Shown here one piece after another: positions 28,501 to 38,700 of a DNA stretch of 64,000 nt. Source of the DNA: Octopus sinensis. Lineage: Eukaryota. Location: NCBI RefSeq assembly GCF_006345805.1, contig NC_042998.1, forward strand, positions 128,774,001 to 128,838,000, written 5' to 3'. Numbering within the stretch: position 1 is the stretch's first letter; each line of letters opens with the position of its first letter. Both the position numbers and the translations under genes were made by a program. The notes under the pieces were generated by a model. It searched no databases and was not told where the DNA came from. It saw nothing but the letters and a program-made list of their open reading frames with translations.

Positions 28501-31500
28501 ACTAGGCTCAATGTTGCTTAACTTCAGTGATCGGACGAGAACCAGTGTTTTCAACATGATGTGTGTGTGTGTGTGTGTGTATATATGTTGTTTTCAGGCT
28601 GCTGGGATAAGGGAAGAAGTTATAAGATTTGCATTGAATACTTGCAACAGAGTGAACTAGGCTAAAGGCAGTGATTAAATCAGCGCTCAAGAACTCAGAA
28701 CACCAAGAGCTGAAACAATTACAGCAAAGTATCATGTCCAATGCTCTAACAATGTCACCAAGCTGATCTACTGTTCTGTATGGGTACTTTATTTACTCAC
28801 CCCAAAGGAATGCAAGACAAAGTTGATGTTGGCAGGATTTGAACCTGGAGTGCAAGGAGACAACAAATGCCACATGGCATTTTTTCCGCATATGTTGTAA
28901 TGCCAGTTCACTGTCAGTGAGGTTGAGCATCCTAAGATCTTCAAAAGATCTTTCTATTCAAGTTTACCTCAGTGTTCAGATAATTTATAGAACAATACAA
29001 GATAAGGTAGTAACTTTTGTCAGAAACAATAAACATCCTTTTTCATTAACCACATCTCTTTTACTTGTTTCAGTCATTTGACTGCGGCCATGCTGGAGCA
29101 CCTCCTTTAGTCAAGTAAATCGACCCCAGGACTTATTCTTTGTAAGCCTAGTACTTATTCTATCGGTCTCTTTTGCCGAACCACTAAGTTACGGGGATGC
29201 AAACACACCAGCATTGGTTGTCAAGCGATGTTGGGGGTACAAACACAGACACACAAACACACATATATATACATATATACGATGGGCTTCTTTCAGTTTC
29301 TGTCTACCAAATCCACTCACAAGGCTTTGGTCGGCCCGAGGCTAAAGTAGAAGATACTTGCCCAAGGTGCCACGCAGTGGGACTGAACCTGGAACCATGT
29401 AGTTGGTAAGCAAGCTACTTACCACACAACCACTCCATCTATATTTCTTTTTAAAGAAAAACAAAAAAAGAAAGAGTCAATTCAAAATAGGTCAAACTGA
29501 TATAACTCACTTGACCTGGCTTAGGTTATACTCATAAATTTGGATAAGTTTATACAATGTGGCAAGATGAAAATTCTTGTCCTCTTACCAACAGATTTAT
29601 GAACTTTGCTGAGTGAATTTTTGCTCACACAAACCACTACTGATTTCTTTGGACTTCAGATTTTAATTTTTGTTAAAACTATCATAGGGATAAAACGTTT
29701 TAGTAGTAATTTCTGTTATTTGATTACAGAAGGAAATTTCCCTTACCTAGCTTATCACTTCTTGGTTTTACTTTTACTGGGCCAGTGTTTAGGTCAACTG
29801 AAAAAAGAATATTTAAGAGATAGGTCATAATCAAACAGAATTTATTTCCATAAATGTTACTCTTATATGCTGTCGTCATTTAACCCGAGTTAATCTTAGT
29901 GAGAAAACCTCTGGGCAGAGATTGTTTTCTCATACATAGTGCATTATTAGCATTTTTTCAAGACATTTGACAGCTATTTTTAACAGGTCAAGTGACTGCA
30001 AGAGCATCTATCATTGAGCTGCACCATTTCCAAGAGGAGTGTCCTCGAATCAGCTTCTCACCAAGAAGCAGTAGTTAAGAATCTGTAGCAGTGTAGTGAT
30101 GGGTATTGAGCTACTTAATTATCATTTCCTGAACCTTTTAGCATTTAAACTGGCCGTATCTGGCTCAAATATTCTACCTGTTTTATGTTCAAACTAGCCA
30201 GATTTGACCTCTTACACCTACCCTACGATGTCATTTTAGAAATATCAATCACATCATCAAAAGTGATACTGGAAAATAATACACCTGAAAGGATTAATAA
30301 AGTTCATTGATCAGTTAGCATTAGTCAAGTTCATACAACATCTTGCAAGAAACAAATAAATTCTATAAATGTTTCCCCAGTGCAGCATAGCAAGCAAGCT
30401 TGCTAGCCATTGATACAACAGCAGTTATATAAGTACTTAAACAAGTCAGAAAAAGTAACCAATGATTAATGTGACCAAGTGAATAATGAGAGACATCCAT
30501 GTTTTACTCACCGATACGTGAGAAACTTTGAGAAAATTTTGATTCAGATCTACGATCCATATTAGAGACGTTATTGAAGGAGGGCAGGTTTTCATCTAAC
30601 ATCTTAACCTCGAGGTAAACTGCTGACCCACTGAAAGAAAGGTTAACAAAACATACCAATGCTTAGAAACAGTTTATAACCTAAACTGCTTTTTTTATAC
30701 GTTCAAAGAAAAAATATTTTGAAAAGACACATCAATGAAACAAATGAAGAAAATTAACTTGCTAGCATTCAGGTTATTGAGAACTGGGTTGATCTTTCGA
30801 GAGCATAACTAAAAAGTTCAAGACAGATTTTCTGAAAATAATGAATTCTGGGTAATGGGACAAACCAACACCAACTTAGCTATTCTAAATAGCTGTTGGA
30901 AAGACGTAGAATATGTATAAAAGAATGTTAACCACAACAGACAGGAATTTTGTTGAGACAAACTTTCTACAGCCCAATGCCCTCCAAGTTGCCAACCCTC
31001 ACCAGTTTTTAACAATGGCAGTATTTCCCCATGACCAGACATGTTTCCAAAGAATGAAGACAAAGGACATCATTTGCATGACAGTGATATTCACTTACAA
31101 CTATATAAAGGCAAGGACACACACACACACCACACACACACACAAACACACACACATGCACGCATGACAGACTTCTTTCAATTTCTGCCAACTAAATCCT
31201 CTCACAAGGCTTTGATCGGCCTGAGTTAATAACAGAACACAATTACCTATGAAAACAACTGTGAAAAATATATAATGTGAAAGGTGTACTTACCACATTA
31301 GAACTCCACCCAAGACAATTCCTGAAAGATACAAAATAAAATTTTGTTAAATCGTTATAAGCTGTAGGTGCAGTTAATGCAGACTTACTCAAAACTTGGA
31401 CCATGTGTTATATATTGCATTATTCCATCTTACCCACCACTGTCACAATTATCATTCAAATCTTCAGGCATCATCATATCGTTTTTGTAATCCTTTTAGA

Positions 31501-33973
31501 GTCAGCATTTTCATTAAGACTACTTAGGTTGTATAAGTCTGTTATACATCATCTCTCCATGCATCTCAATCACGTAACTCTCTCATCTGAAACTTAATGT
31601 TTTCAAGGCTCATTTCATTATCTACTAATTTTTACTTGGTCTAATATCTATCATAAGATACCTTACATAGTACTAAAGTGTTTACATAAGGTAGTAGCAA
31701 GGTTCTTAATATTTTTGACATCATAGCACACAGAAGATCAAATAAGAAAATAAAAATGGCACACCTCATATGGAAAGTTCAACAAAACAAAAATAATTTT
31801 TCATGCTAATAATCTAGCAAAGAATATAAAGAAGTATAAGTCATCTTGTTCAAATAATCATACATATGCATAAGAAACTTATAAGTAACATGCTTTCAAG
31901 ATACGTTAGCAATGTTTGGATTTCCTAAAGCCTTAAATTACATTTTTCAAAACTAGCAGTGTTCATAAATATTCCTTGCAGCATACTGTTTGAGAATCAC
32001 TACTTTACATTATCAACATATGTTCCTATGTCATCCAGTCAGATTGTGTACCTATACGACCTTAGTCATCTTTACTGATATACATGTACCAATCAGAAGT
32101 CTAGCCAGGTTCTAAAGTTTGTGAGAGCGAGCACACACAAAAAAGGTATTGTGACACATATCAAACAATTTTTAACTTGTTTCCCTTATATTATATGAAA
32201 TATTTCAATAGTTATATGTAATTGTTTTCTACTTTCATTAAGCTTATGATCCAGTAATAATATCATTATGTTTGAAACTTTCAACTACTGATGTAGGTAA
32301 CTAAAGAGCAAAGAAAAAATTGTTGAAAAGACATCAATTTTGAAAAATGTGCTCAACGGGAGTGGTCACTTCCCTTGCTCCCCAATAAGTTATGCCACTG
32401 TTACCAATGTTTGTGATGCCTGACTCATTTTGTCAACTCATTCCAGCCATGCTCATAAGCTCACTTTATCCATTCAGAGTTTTATACTTAACTCAGTCTA
32501 CTATAATTGTTACACATCATTTGTTATATTTCCTGTCTATGTTTTGTTCAGTAGAGTAGCAGATTTCTTATACCTGTCTCATATACTATCGGGTGTTTGG
32601 GCTAAATTTGACTGTTTGCATAAAAGGAAAAGAAAATACCATATCCCACCCCAAAATAAAAGTATTTTAAAATATCAAAAAATATCAACTACACTATGGC
32701 TGGAAGATAACAGTTTACACAAAGTAGATGCCCTTAGCTTCCAGCACAGCCTCAAAACAGCTCCAGAACATGGCATATGCATTCCTTACTGTGTCCCTGG
32801 GGAGATCTTTGAATACCTTCTTGGTCTTGACTACCAGCTCAATCTTGGTGTTGCAGGCTGAGTAGTTGGTACCTTTCTGAACCACACCCTGCACATAGTA
32901 ATCTATGGGATTATAATCGGAGAAATTAGGAGGCCAGAAATTGGGGTGGGTGAAGTTGTGGATATTCTCCAGCAACCACTTTTGACTCTTTCTACACTAA
33001 GGTGTAGTGGTAATACACACCAGACTGAGACAAGGAATATTTGAGATACTGCACCTGTAAGTCACTGTTAAATGTTTTATGATTTAATCAGATTCAGCAA
33101 AGAGCTGAATCCTACTGCCACACATATGTCTTTCCAACAGCAACCCTCTCCAGTCAGGGTTTGACCAGTCTCCAGTAGCTTCACATAGCTGTCTGAACTG
33201 AGCCTAAGGCTCTCTCATACAGTTGTTGGATGAATTCCTGTATGCAAATGTAGTCAGAACACTTGCTGTGTCCCTTCCTGCTGGCCACAGCTTCAAAGTC
33301 TCTATTGCAGCTGTCCATGTCATGTGTCATAACCTTTACAGTGTTTACAGACCACTGACCAGCAGTCATGATGTTGGCATTTCGATACCTGATGTGAATC
33401 ATCATAATTCAAGTACTCTTTTTCCATGGAGGCTTTCTGTCCTCCATGTCAGCTAACTTTTTCTCAACTACAACTTTAATTTTTATGCTCTCTAATGCTA
33501 TTGGTTGTTTGCTAATACATCAAGCTGTCCCTGACAAAAGGAGACAAAAATAAATTGTCAAATTTAGCCCGAACACTCTGTATGTAGAGAGAATCTGTTG
33601 CCATAACATACCATTACATTACATTCTATGTCCTAAGGTGTAGTGGTAATACACACCAGATTGAGACAAGAAATATTTGAGACACTGCACCTGTAAGTCA
33701 CTGTTAAATGTTTTGTGATTTAATCAGATGAAAAATAAATAAATAAAACTTCTATGTTGGTTTTGAAAAATGAATGTAAAACAGTAAAAAAAAGAAAGGG
33801 GATAAGAAAAAAATTTACATACCAATCTTTCTTAACCTGGAGCGCAGATTGCTTCGTCTGGCCCATTGTTGTAACCATTGAGACGAATGTCGACGGGGGA
33901 GAATGAAACTGTTGCTCTTGTGCCATTTGCAAATTAGTTGAGGATGGACAGCCGAAAAATGCTGAATCGGCAT
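3352..33973 (-). CDS. SERAC1: Serine active site-containing protein 1 (phosphatidylglycerol remodelling / BMP-related alpha/beta-hydrolase), 15 coding exons, 649 aa
   Basis: Manually spliced exons (151+28+119+126+119+117+120+163+151+148+101+98+177+144+188 = 1950 nt) join in frame with AG acceptors and GT donors (one GC/GT). The product has an N-terminal basic leader and TM segment, an ARM-like middle, and [33 protein letters not shown] and ANHVTICKP, colinear with vertebrate SERAC1 as I recall it. Confidence 0.95.
3960..4830 (-). mobile_element. L1/Tx1-type LINE 3' fragment in the last SERAC1 intron
   Basis: Minus 4270-4200 reads [22 protein letters not shown], the zf-RVT C-terminal zinc-knuckle pattern; many stops; includes ORF 4526-4801. 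Confidence 0.6.
5263..5600 (-). mobile_element. High-copy RTE-tailed element ((GAT)n tail, 'ggacgttaaacgatgatg'); other copies at about 651-800, 11915-12190, 13600-13800, 18853-19210, 21065-21360, 23095-23240, 35248-35620
   Basis: Recurring catcatcatcgtttaacgtccgctttccatgctagcatgggttggac...ctacagctggatgcccttcctaa string with an internal ~55-60-bp degenerate minisatellite. Confidence 0.85.
5935..6135 (-). mobile_element. SINE family ('ttaatttatcgaccccgaaaggatgaaaggcaaagtcgac'); other copies at about 10960-11150, 16125-16330, 18632-18850, 19225-19400, 39530-39860, 45900-46050, 46850-47000, 57960-58090
   Basis: The same ~200-bp core recurs many times in the window. Confidence 0.8.
6636..6779 (-). 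CDS. SERAC1: SERAC1 coding exon 14: [48 protein letters not shown]
   Basis: cctttccag acceptor, G|gtacgt donor, 144 nt, phase 1-1; not in the ORF track, found by reading. Confidence 0.92.
7752..8088 (+). mobile_element. tRNA-derived SINE
   Basis: Head ggctcggtggttagagc...gagttcaattt with A/B-box-like motifs, followed by a cttgagcaagacacttta core. Confidence 0.7.
8647..8823 (-). CDS. SERAC1: SERAC1 coding exon 13: [59 protein letters not shown]
   Basis: Part of ORF 8579-8851; tgatag acceptor, CCAG|gtgggt donor; 177 nt. Confidence 0.95.
10261..10358 (-). CDS. SERAC1: SERAC1 coding exon 12: [32 protein letters not shown] (nucleophile elbow GxSxG)
   Basis: tttccag acceptor, gtaagt donor; 98 nt, phase 2-1. 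Confidence 0.95.
11290..11540 (-). mobile_element. CR1/L2-type LINE 3' end
   Basis: Minus strand reads WNKLPASV...[18 protein letters not shown], then a 3' UTR; a similar tail occurs at about 150-200. Confidence 0.55.
11775..11875 (-). CDS. SERAC1: SERAC1 coding exon 11: [33 protein letters not shown]
   Basis: taaacag acceptor, gtaagt donor; 101 nt, phase 0-2. Confidence 0.95.
12911..13195 (-). mobile_element. Mariner transposase 5' (HTH) remnant
   Basis: From ATG 13131: [68 protein letters not shown], the mariner EDxPRSGRP motif. Confidence 0.8.
13393..13540 (-). CDS. SERAC1: SERAC1 coding exon 10: [49 protein letters not shown]
   Basis: ORF 13297-13518; tttttcag acceptor, AAG|gtaaga donor; 148 nt. 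Confidence 0.96.
14800..15207 (-). mobile_element. Octopus-type tRNA-head SINE with internal (CA/TA)n; other copies at about 10600-10950, 16405-16780, 28141-28440, 29056-29437, 34208-34450(+), 46140-46497, 54070-54300, 55795-55960, 56299-56657
   Basis: Recurring cttttacttgtttcagtcatttgactgcggccatgctggagc...gggactgaacccggaaccatgtggttggtaagcaagctacttaccacacagccactcc; exact family name not assignable by eye. Confidence 0.88.
15890..16040 (-). CDS. SERAC1: SERAC1 coding exon 9: [49 protein letters not shown]
   Basis: ttgcag acceptor, gtaagt donor; 151 nt; ARALAN and [10 protein letters not shown] motifs. Confidence 0.95.
17130..17292 (-). CDS. SERAC1: SERAC1 coding exon 8: [54 protein letters not shown]
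   Basis: Within ORF 16969-17277; cattactag acceptor, gtaaat donor; 163 nt; ARM-like. Confidence 0.93.
17437..17966 (+). mobile_element. 5'-truncated R4/Dong-type non-LTR retrotransposon (restriction-like endonuclease end) inserted in (AAT)n
   Basis: ORF 17299-17862: [24 protein letters not shown]...IIDIACP...[12 protein letters not shown]...VPVIIGALG (PD..D RLE motif). Premature TGA at 17860 (probably CGA>TGA); (AAT)n on both sides. Confidence 0.85.
18050..18630 (+). mobile_element. (AAT)n-tailed retroelement 3' region with a 24-bp triplication at its 5' junction
   Basis: gatcttaactgattggaagcttct about 2.8 times at 18050-18116; ends ctctctcactc(aat)n. Confidence 0.6.
20457..20576 (-). CDS. 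SERAC1: SERAC1 coding exon 7: [40 protein letters not shown]
   Basis: Within ORF 20445-20678; tttcacag acceptor, gtaagt donor; 120 nt, phase 0-0. Confidence 0.88.
22232..22505. repeat. 129-bp/129-bp perfect-type hairpin with a 16-nt loop in a Penelope-like remnant
   Basis: 22232-22360 is the reverse complement of 22377-22505 with 2 mismatches. Confidence 0.95.
22885..23001 (-). CDS. SERAC1: SERAC1 coding exon 6: [39 protein letters not shown]
   Basis: atttcag acceptor, gtgagt donor; 117 nt; LRxLLASLP...C.xYFTS motif. Confidence 0.92.
23603..24470 (-). mobile_element. RTE LINE 3' end (ORF2 C-terminus, 3' UTR minisatellite and (GAT)n tail)
   Basis: Minus strand reads ...WYGHVVRM...[21 protein letters not shown], followed by the tailed repeat. 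Confidence 0.8.
25728..26027 (-). mobile_element. tRNA-derived SINE (related copy at 56881-57126)
   Basis: Head ggcttagtagttagagcagcggactcgcaatcgagagatcgcgggttcgaatctc with B-box GGTTCGAATC; shared ttccccacctggacggga core. Confidence 0.75.
26130..26248 (-). CDS. SERAC1: SERAC1 coding exon 5: (D)[39 protein letters not shown]
   Basis: Within ORF 25935-26423; tctacag acceptor, AAG|gtatca donor; IGLARS..D.RFF motif. Confidence 0.94.
27647..27772 (-). CDS. SERAC1: SERAC1 coding exon 4: [41 protein letters not shown]
   Basis: ORF 27564-27752; ccacag acceptor. The donor is either AAG|GC (exon ends at 27647) or GCA|GT (27644); both keep the frame. Confidence 0.85.
28453..28562 (-). pseudogene. Dispersed 5S rRNA pseudogene (about 10 nt of the 5' end missing)
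   Basis: Minus: catcatgttgaaaacactggttctcgtccgatcactgaagttaagcaacattgagcctagttagtacttagatgggttaccgcttgggaaacctaggtgctgtaagcat. Box A (agttaagc) and box C (gatgggt.acc) are recognisable; several CpG>TpG/CpA changes. Confidence 0.88.
30512..30630 (-). CDS. SERAC1: SERAC1 coding exon 3: [39 protein letters not shown]
   Basis: ctttcag acceptor, gtgagt donor; 119 nt, phase 2-1, fits both neighbours. Confidence 0.85.
31294..31321 (-). CDS. SERAC1: SERAC1 coding exon 2, 28-nt microexon: (G)IVLGGVLM(C), core of the TM helix
   Basis: atctttcag|GAATTGTCTTGGGTGGAGTTCTAATGTG|gtaagt; phase 1-2 bridges exons 1 and 3 exactly. Confidence 0.85.
32715..32990 (-). mobile_element. Tc1/mariner (maT/DD37D-like) transposase C-terminal remnant
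   Basis: ORF: [20 protein letters not shown]...[33 protein letters not shown], a decayed WPPNSPDLNPLDY motif. Confidence 0.8.
33823..33973 (-). CDS. SERAC1: SERAC1 coding exon 1: [50 protein letters not shown]
   Basis: Acceptor ttttccag before 33998, donor G|gtatgt; Arg-rich and acid-free leader resembling a mitochondrial targeting sequence. The start codon is inferred. Confidence 0.75.
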
Positions 33974-35879
33974 TGGGCATGCTAAGTGGTAACTTTTACT
34001 GGAAAAAACCCAAAAGAAACACATGTCATTATTATTTATTTCATTACAAATAAGAAAATGAAATGACAAAGGAATAAAACGATTATCTTATTAACTCCAT
34101 TAGCTTACAGCTGTTTTTACTATAAGATGTGGTGGACTCATAGTTGTGTCCTGAATAACATTTTATAGCTTCATCAGAGTCTCAGATACGTATCACTATT
34201 ATACAATGAGGCGTAGGAGTGGCTGTGTGGTAAGTAGCTTGCTTACGAACCACGTGGTTCTGGGTTCAGTCTCACTGCGTGGCACCTCGAGCTGACTAAA
34301 GCCTTGTGAGTGGATTTGGTAGACAAACTGAAAGAAGCCCATTGCATATATGTATGTGTGTGTGTATGTGTGTATGTATGTATGTGTATATATGTTTGTG
34401 TGTCTGTGTTTGTTCCCCGCAACATTCCTTGACAACCGATGCTGGTGTGTGACAATTAAGTAAGTTCTTCAGAGTAAAGTGCACCTTTACATCTTGTTTT
34501 TGTTAAACAGCTGATTAACTTTGTGGCTGTTCAGAAAGTTTTATTGATAAGAAAGATGTAGAGCTAACAGAGAAACATTAACCCCCCCCCCCAAAAAAAA
34601 AACCATGCATCCACACTTGCTACTACCTTATGTAAACACTTTAGTACTATTGCCATAATTTAGAAGTTAAAGGGTGTTGGAATGAATATGAAGGTTATGT
34701 GGTCAATTATAGAAAAAGTGTGAGCAATTTTGCAACTTTTGTCCTACAAGGAAGCTCTACACGATTTGTCACAGCACTCCAATCCAAAACAAAATATCCA
34801 AGCATATCTTAACTTGCTGGTGTATACCAATGTCTTCTGTTGATAAATCTTCAAAGAAGAACCAACACCTGATACTTGATGAAAAGTATTTAAGTTGATC
34901 ACATGACCAGTCAAAGGCATTTAACACTAAGGAGTATAGGTGACAGTAAAACTGACTACATGAAACCTTTAGGTGAGGAAATAATCTAGCTTACCCACAT
35001 AAAAAAAATTATAACAAACTTTACACATCTTTAGCATGTGTACTAAATATCATCAACAGCAGCACTCATGTTTTTGCATGAAAAATATAAAAATATAAAA
35101 CAAACAAGTATGTGTTTTGAAGATGAATTCTGCGTTGGCATTTTGGGCAACTGTTTTCTGTTGTAGCTTCAGGTGAGCAAAAGGCTTTTGAGTAAAATTT
35201 GATGAATAGAAATTTATATGCAATCTTGTTGATGTGTGCGTGTGTGTTTCATCAGCATCGTTTAACGTCCAATTTCCATGCTAGCATGGGTTGGACGGTT
35301 TGACCGGGGTCTGGGAAACCAGGAGGCTGCACCAGGCTCCAGTCTGATCTGGCAGTATTTCTACAGCTGGATGCCCTTCCTAATGCCAACCACTCCGTGA
35401 GTGTAGTGGGTGCTTTTTACGTGCCACCGGCACAGGGGCCAGAGGAGACTGGCAAACAACCATAATCGGTTGGTGCTTTTACGTATCCTTACATGGACGC
35501 CAGTCAGGCTGCGCTGGCATCTGCCACGTTTGGACGGTGCTTTTAACGTGTCACCATAACGGGTATCTTAACTACAATTTCCATTTGATTTTCATTTTGA
35601 TGTTGGTGTTAACGTACTTGACTCAATGTTTGCGTATGCAAAAGCATTTAGATTCCTAGCAGGACCGGAAAGTAACATCTGTGCTGCTCCTGTTTAAGAG
35701 AAGAATCAAGTGATGACATTGCTCAAAATTAGGTTGCACCTGTTATATATATAAAGGTAAAAGGTGCTGCAATATCAGAGGAAGGTTAACAGGGAAAATA
35801 GCTTTTGTATGTGGAAGATGCACAAGTACAATAAACACCAAAAATGTACAGAAAATAGACTCCATCAACTGCCAGTGGG

Positions 35880-36889
35880 GTAAGCTAGAGGTAGTATGTA
35901 GCTTCTGTTATCAAGGTAACCAAGTTAGTAGCGTAGCTGTGAGAATAAGATTAGGCTGGGCAAAGTTCAGAGAGCTCCTACTTCTGCTAGCAACAAAGAG
36001 CCTCTCCTTCAGAGTGAAAGGCAGATTGTTAGATGCCTGTGTGCAAATAGCTATATTACATGGCAGTGAAACATGAGCTGTGACAGCTGAGGTCATGCGT
36101 AGGCTTGAAAGAAATGAAGCTAGTATGCTTCGCTGGATGTGCAATGCCAATGTGCATGTTTGACAGAGTGTAAGCATCTTGAGAGAAAAGTTAGGCATAA
36201 GAGGCATCAGATGCGGTGTGCAAGAGAGATGACTGTGCTGGTATGGTCATGTGATGCATATGTAGAAGGACAACCATGTAAAGAAGTACTGATTTCTAAT
36301 TGTGAAGAGAACCTGTAGTAGAGGTAGACCCAGGAAGACATGGGACGAGGTAGTGAAGCATGATATTCAAACTTTGGGCCTCACAGAAGCAATGACTAGT
36401 GACTAAGACCCTTGGTAATAGGCTGTGCTTGAGAAGACATGTCAAGCCAAGTGAAATTGTAGTCATTGCTGATGCTGGTGTCATGTAAGTGGCACCCATA
36501 CCAGTGGCGTGTGAAAAGCATCTTTCAAGCATAGGACCTCACATAGGCAAAGTGGCTGAGCTCCTTTCGAGCAGTGGGCCTCACGGAGGCAAAATGGCTG
36601 AGCTCCTTTTGAGTGTTGGGCCTCACAGAGGCAATGACCGAGACCTTTGACATTATATTGTACTTGAGAAGAAGACCCATCAAGCTGAGAAAAATCACAG
36701 TTGTAGAAGATACTGGTGTCATGCAAAGGCACCCATTAAGCTCTTGGAGTGGTTGGTGTTAGGAAGGGCATCAAGCCATAGAAACCATGCCAAATCAGAC
36801 TGGAGTCTGGTGCAGCCTTCCAGCTTGCCAGCCCTAGTCAAACTGTCAAATCCATGCCAGCATGGACAACAGACGTTAAATAATGATGA

Positions 36890-36891
<2 letters not shown>
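35880..36891 (+). mobile_element. RTE LINE 3' fragment with (GAT)n tail
   Basis: Plus strand reads RIRLGWAKFREL...KGRLLDACV...LHGSET...LRWMC...WYGHV...[16 protein letters not shown]. Confidence 0.85.
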
Positions 36892-36934
<43 letters not shown>

Positions 36935-38099
36935 TATATTAAGTGATTATGTATGTATACCAATGTGGGATGGAAAAATATTCAAGCATTAAACAAAACT
37001 AACTGGTGATATTGTATTCCATATTGGTTATGTCCCTTCACATCCAGGTTAACTTTGCCAGCCTTTTCTTAAGACACCTATTTCAGCCCTCCCACCCTTG
37101 AGCTTGTAGAATGTCAAGGATGAGAGGGCTGTATCAATACTGTGCTGGTATTCTTAGCAAACATAAGTATGGCTTTGATTCCACAGTGAAGCACTTTGAG
37201 CAAATGTCTTTTAATACAGGGTTGGCTTCAGCAGTAGCTTGTGAGTGGAAAATGTGAGGTGGTCTGTCATATAGAGCCATGAAGATCAGTAAATACTTTC
37301 ACTGTGTATGAGAAATATATATGAAATGTATGCATGTATGTTTTTATGTATATGTGTGTGATTATATTCCAACCCCTCTCAGACAGCAGTTGCTCTGAAT
37401 ATAAAAATTAATCCTAAAAAGGATAGAAAATGGTAAAGGATTGCATGCATGTGCATGCACACACACAGAGCTTTGGTGCTATAAAGTGGAGGAACAGAAC
37501 TCACTATCCAAGAATAATTATAGCGTTTTATTTAACTATAAAGCTACACAGTTGTCACATGGTTTCAGTTTCATGCATGCGTATGTGTGTGTCAACCAAG
37601 GAATCATAATGATTTGTGTCCTACCACTGACACTGCATTGTACCTAGGGCAAAGACAGTTAGAAGTTAAATGTTCAGACCACTTTGCTATAAACATCTAT
37701 GATACATGTGCATGGAGTGGTAGTACTGTAAAAGTGATGAGTGTTACTTTGCATTTCAATGCAGAATTCAGGTCTTGTCCTCCAGAAAGCTTTCAAATTG
37801 TACCATCACTACTATCACAAGCAGCCAATTGTGGGTCGTCACATAGTGGGAATTAATCTCAATACTAGAAACCGATTATTAGTTTTAAAGTGGCGGGAAC
37901 CTTTACATGGTCACTCGATCTGTTAAAAATAACAACCCAGTTTTCCACGACTCACATCGTCATTATCTTAGAGAAGGACACGTATATAATGCGGTTCTGG
38001 ATTCCTTTGCACATACCCTAGTTTGATTACCACCAGAAAATATTAGGTACACATCCTTGAAAAGAATATATATGTGTGTGTGTGTGTGTGTCCATAACA

Positions 38100-38700
38100 T
38101 TTTATAACAGAAACATCTATAACTTTGTAACTTTTTGGTTTCAGCGGTCAAAACCTATAAGAACGAGAGTAAATCGCTCCAAATGCACGTATGTGCACCC
38201 TTCTCTTGCGTCAAAATAAATGCGTCCCGCTTAAACGTAGAATGCTATCAATTTGCATGGGCTACAATACGGCCACACATTTGCTACCACAAAGTACGAA
38301 GTGTCTAAAGATACACAAACAGATACGGTTACAAATGAAGAGCTTTGTGAATAGGAAAGTTACCTACCACTGTGTCTAGTTACATATCTTTGAGGTAATT
38401 CGATCCTTTTACACTACGCAAAGTAGAGTTGAGAGAGATGGATGGAGGGAGAGATGGAGAGAGAGAGTTTACAATAAGTCGCTGTTCTATAAGTTTATTG
38501 AAGTAATTATTCTGAGGTGAGGAAGTCTTCCACGAATTCTTCCGGTAAAGTAGTATTCGATTTCTACCTAGTATTATCGGTAAATTTTACCGTGACATCT
38601 TCACTCCACGAGGATTTTTAATTACCATTTATTATTTATCCTTCGTAACCGGGTAAATTTTAGTAAATACATATTGTGTTTAATTCGTAAACAGTAAAAG
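38100..38700 (-). promoter_or_regulatory. Probable SERAC1 promoter and non-coding first exon (donor candidates GTG|gtaggt at 38368 or TAG|gtaact at 38364)
   Basis: Non-repetitive sequence with an abrupt rise in CpG; minus-strand donor-like sites; TTCCGG (ETS-like) motif near 38540. No transcript evidence. Confidence 0.45.

Noticed and set aside
28508-28741. ORF or acceptor (gtttcag) as a SERAC1 exon
   Set aside because: Stop codon in the required phase and no donor; exons 3 and 4 already join in frame.
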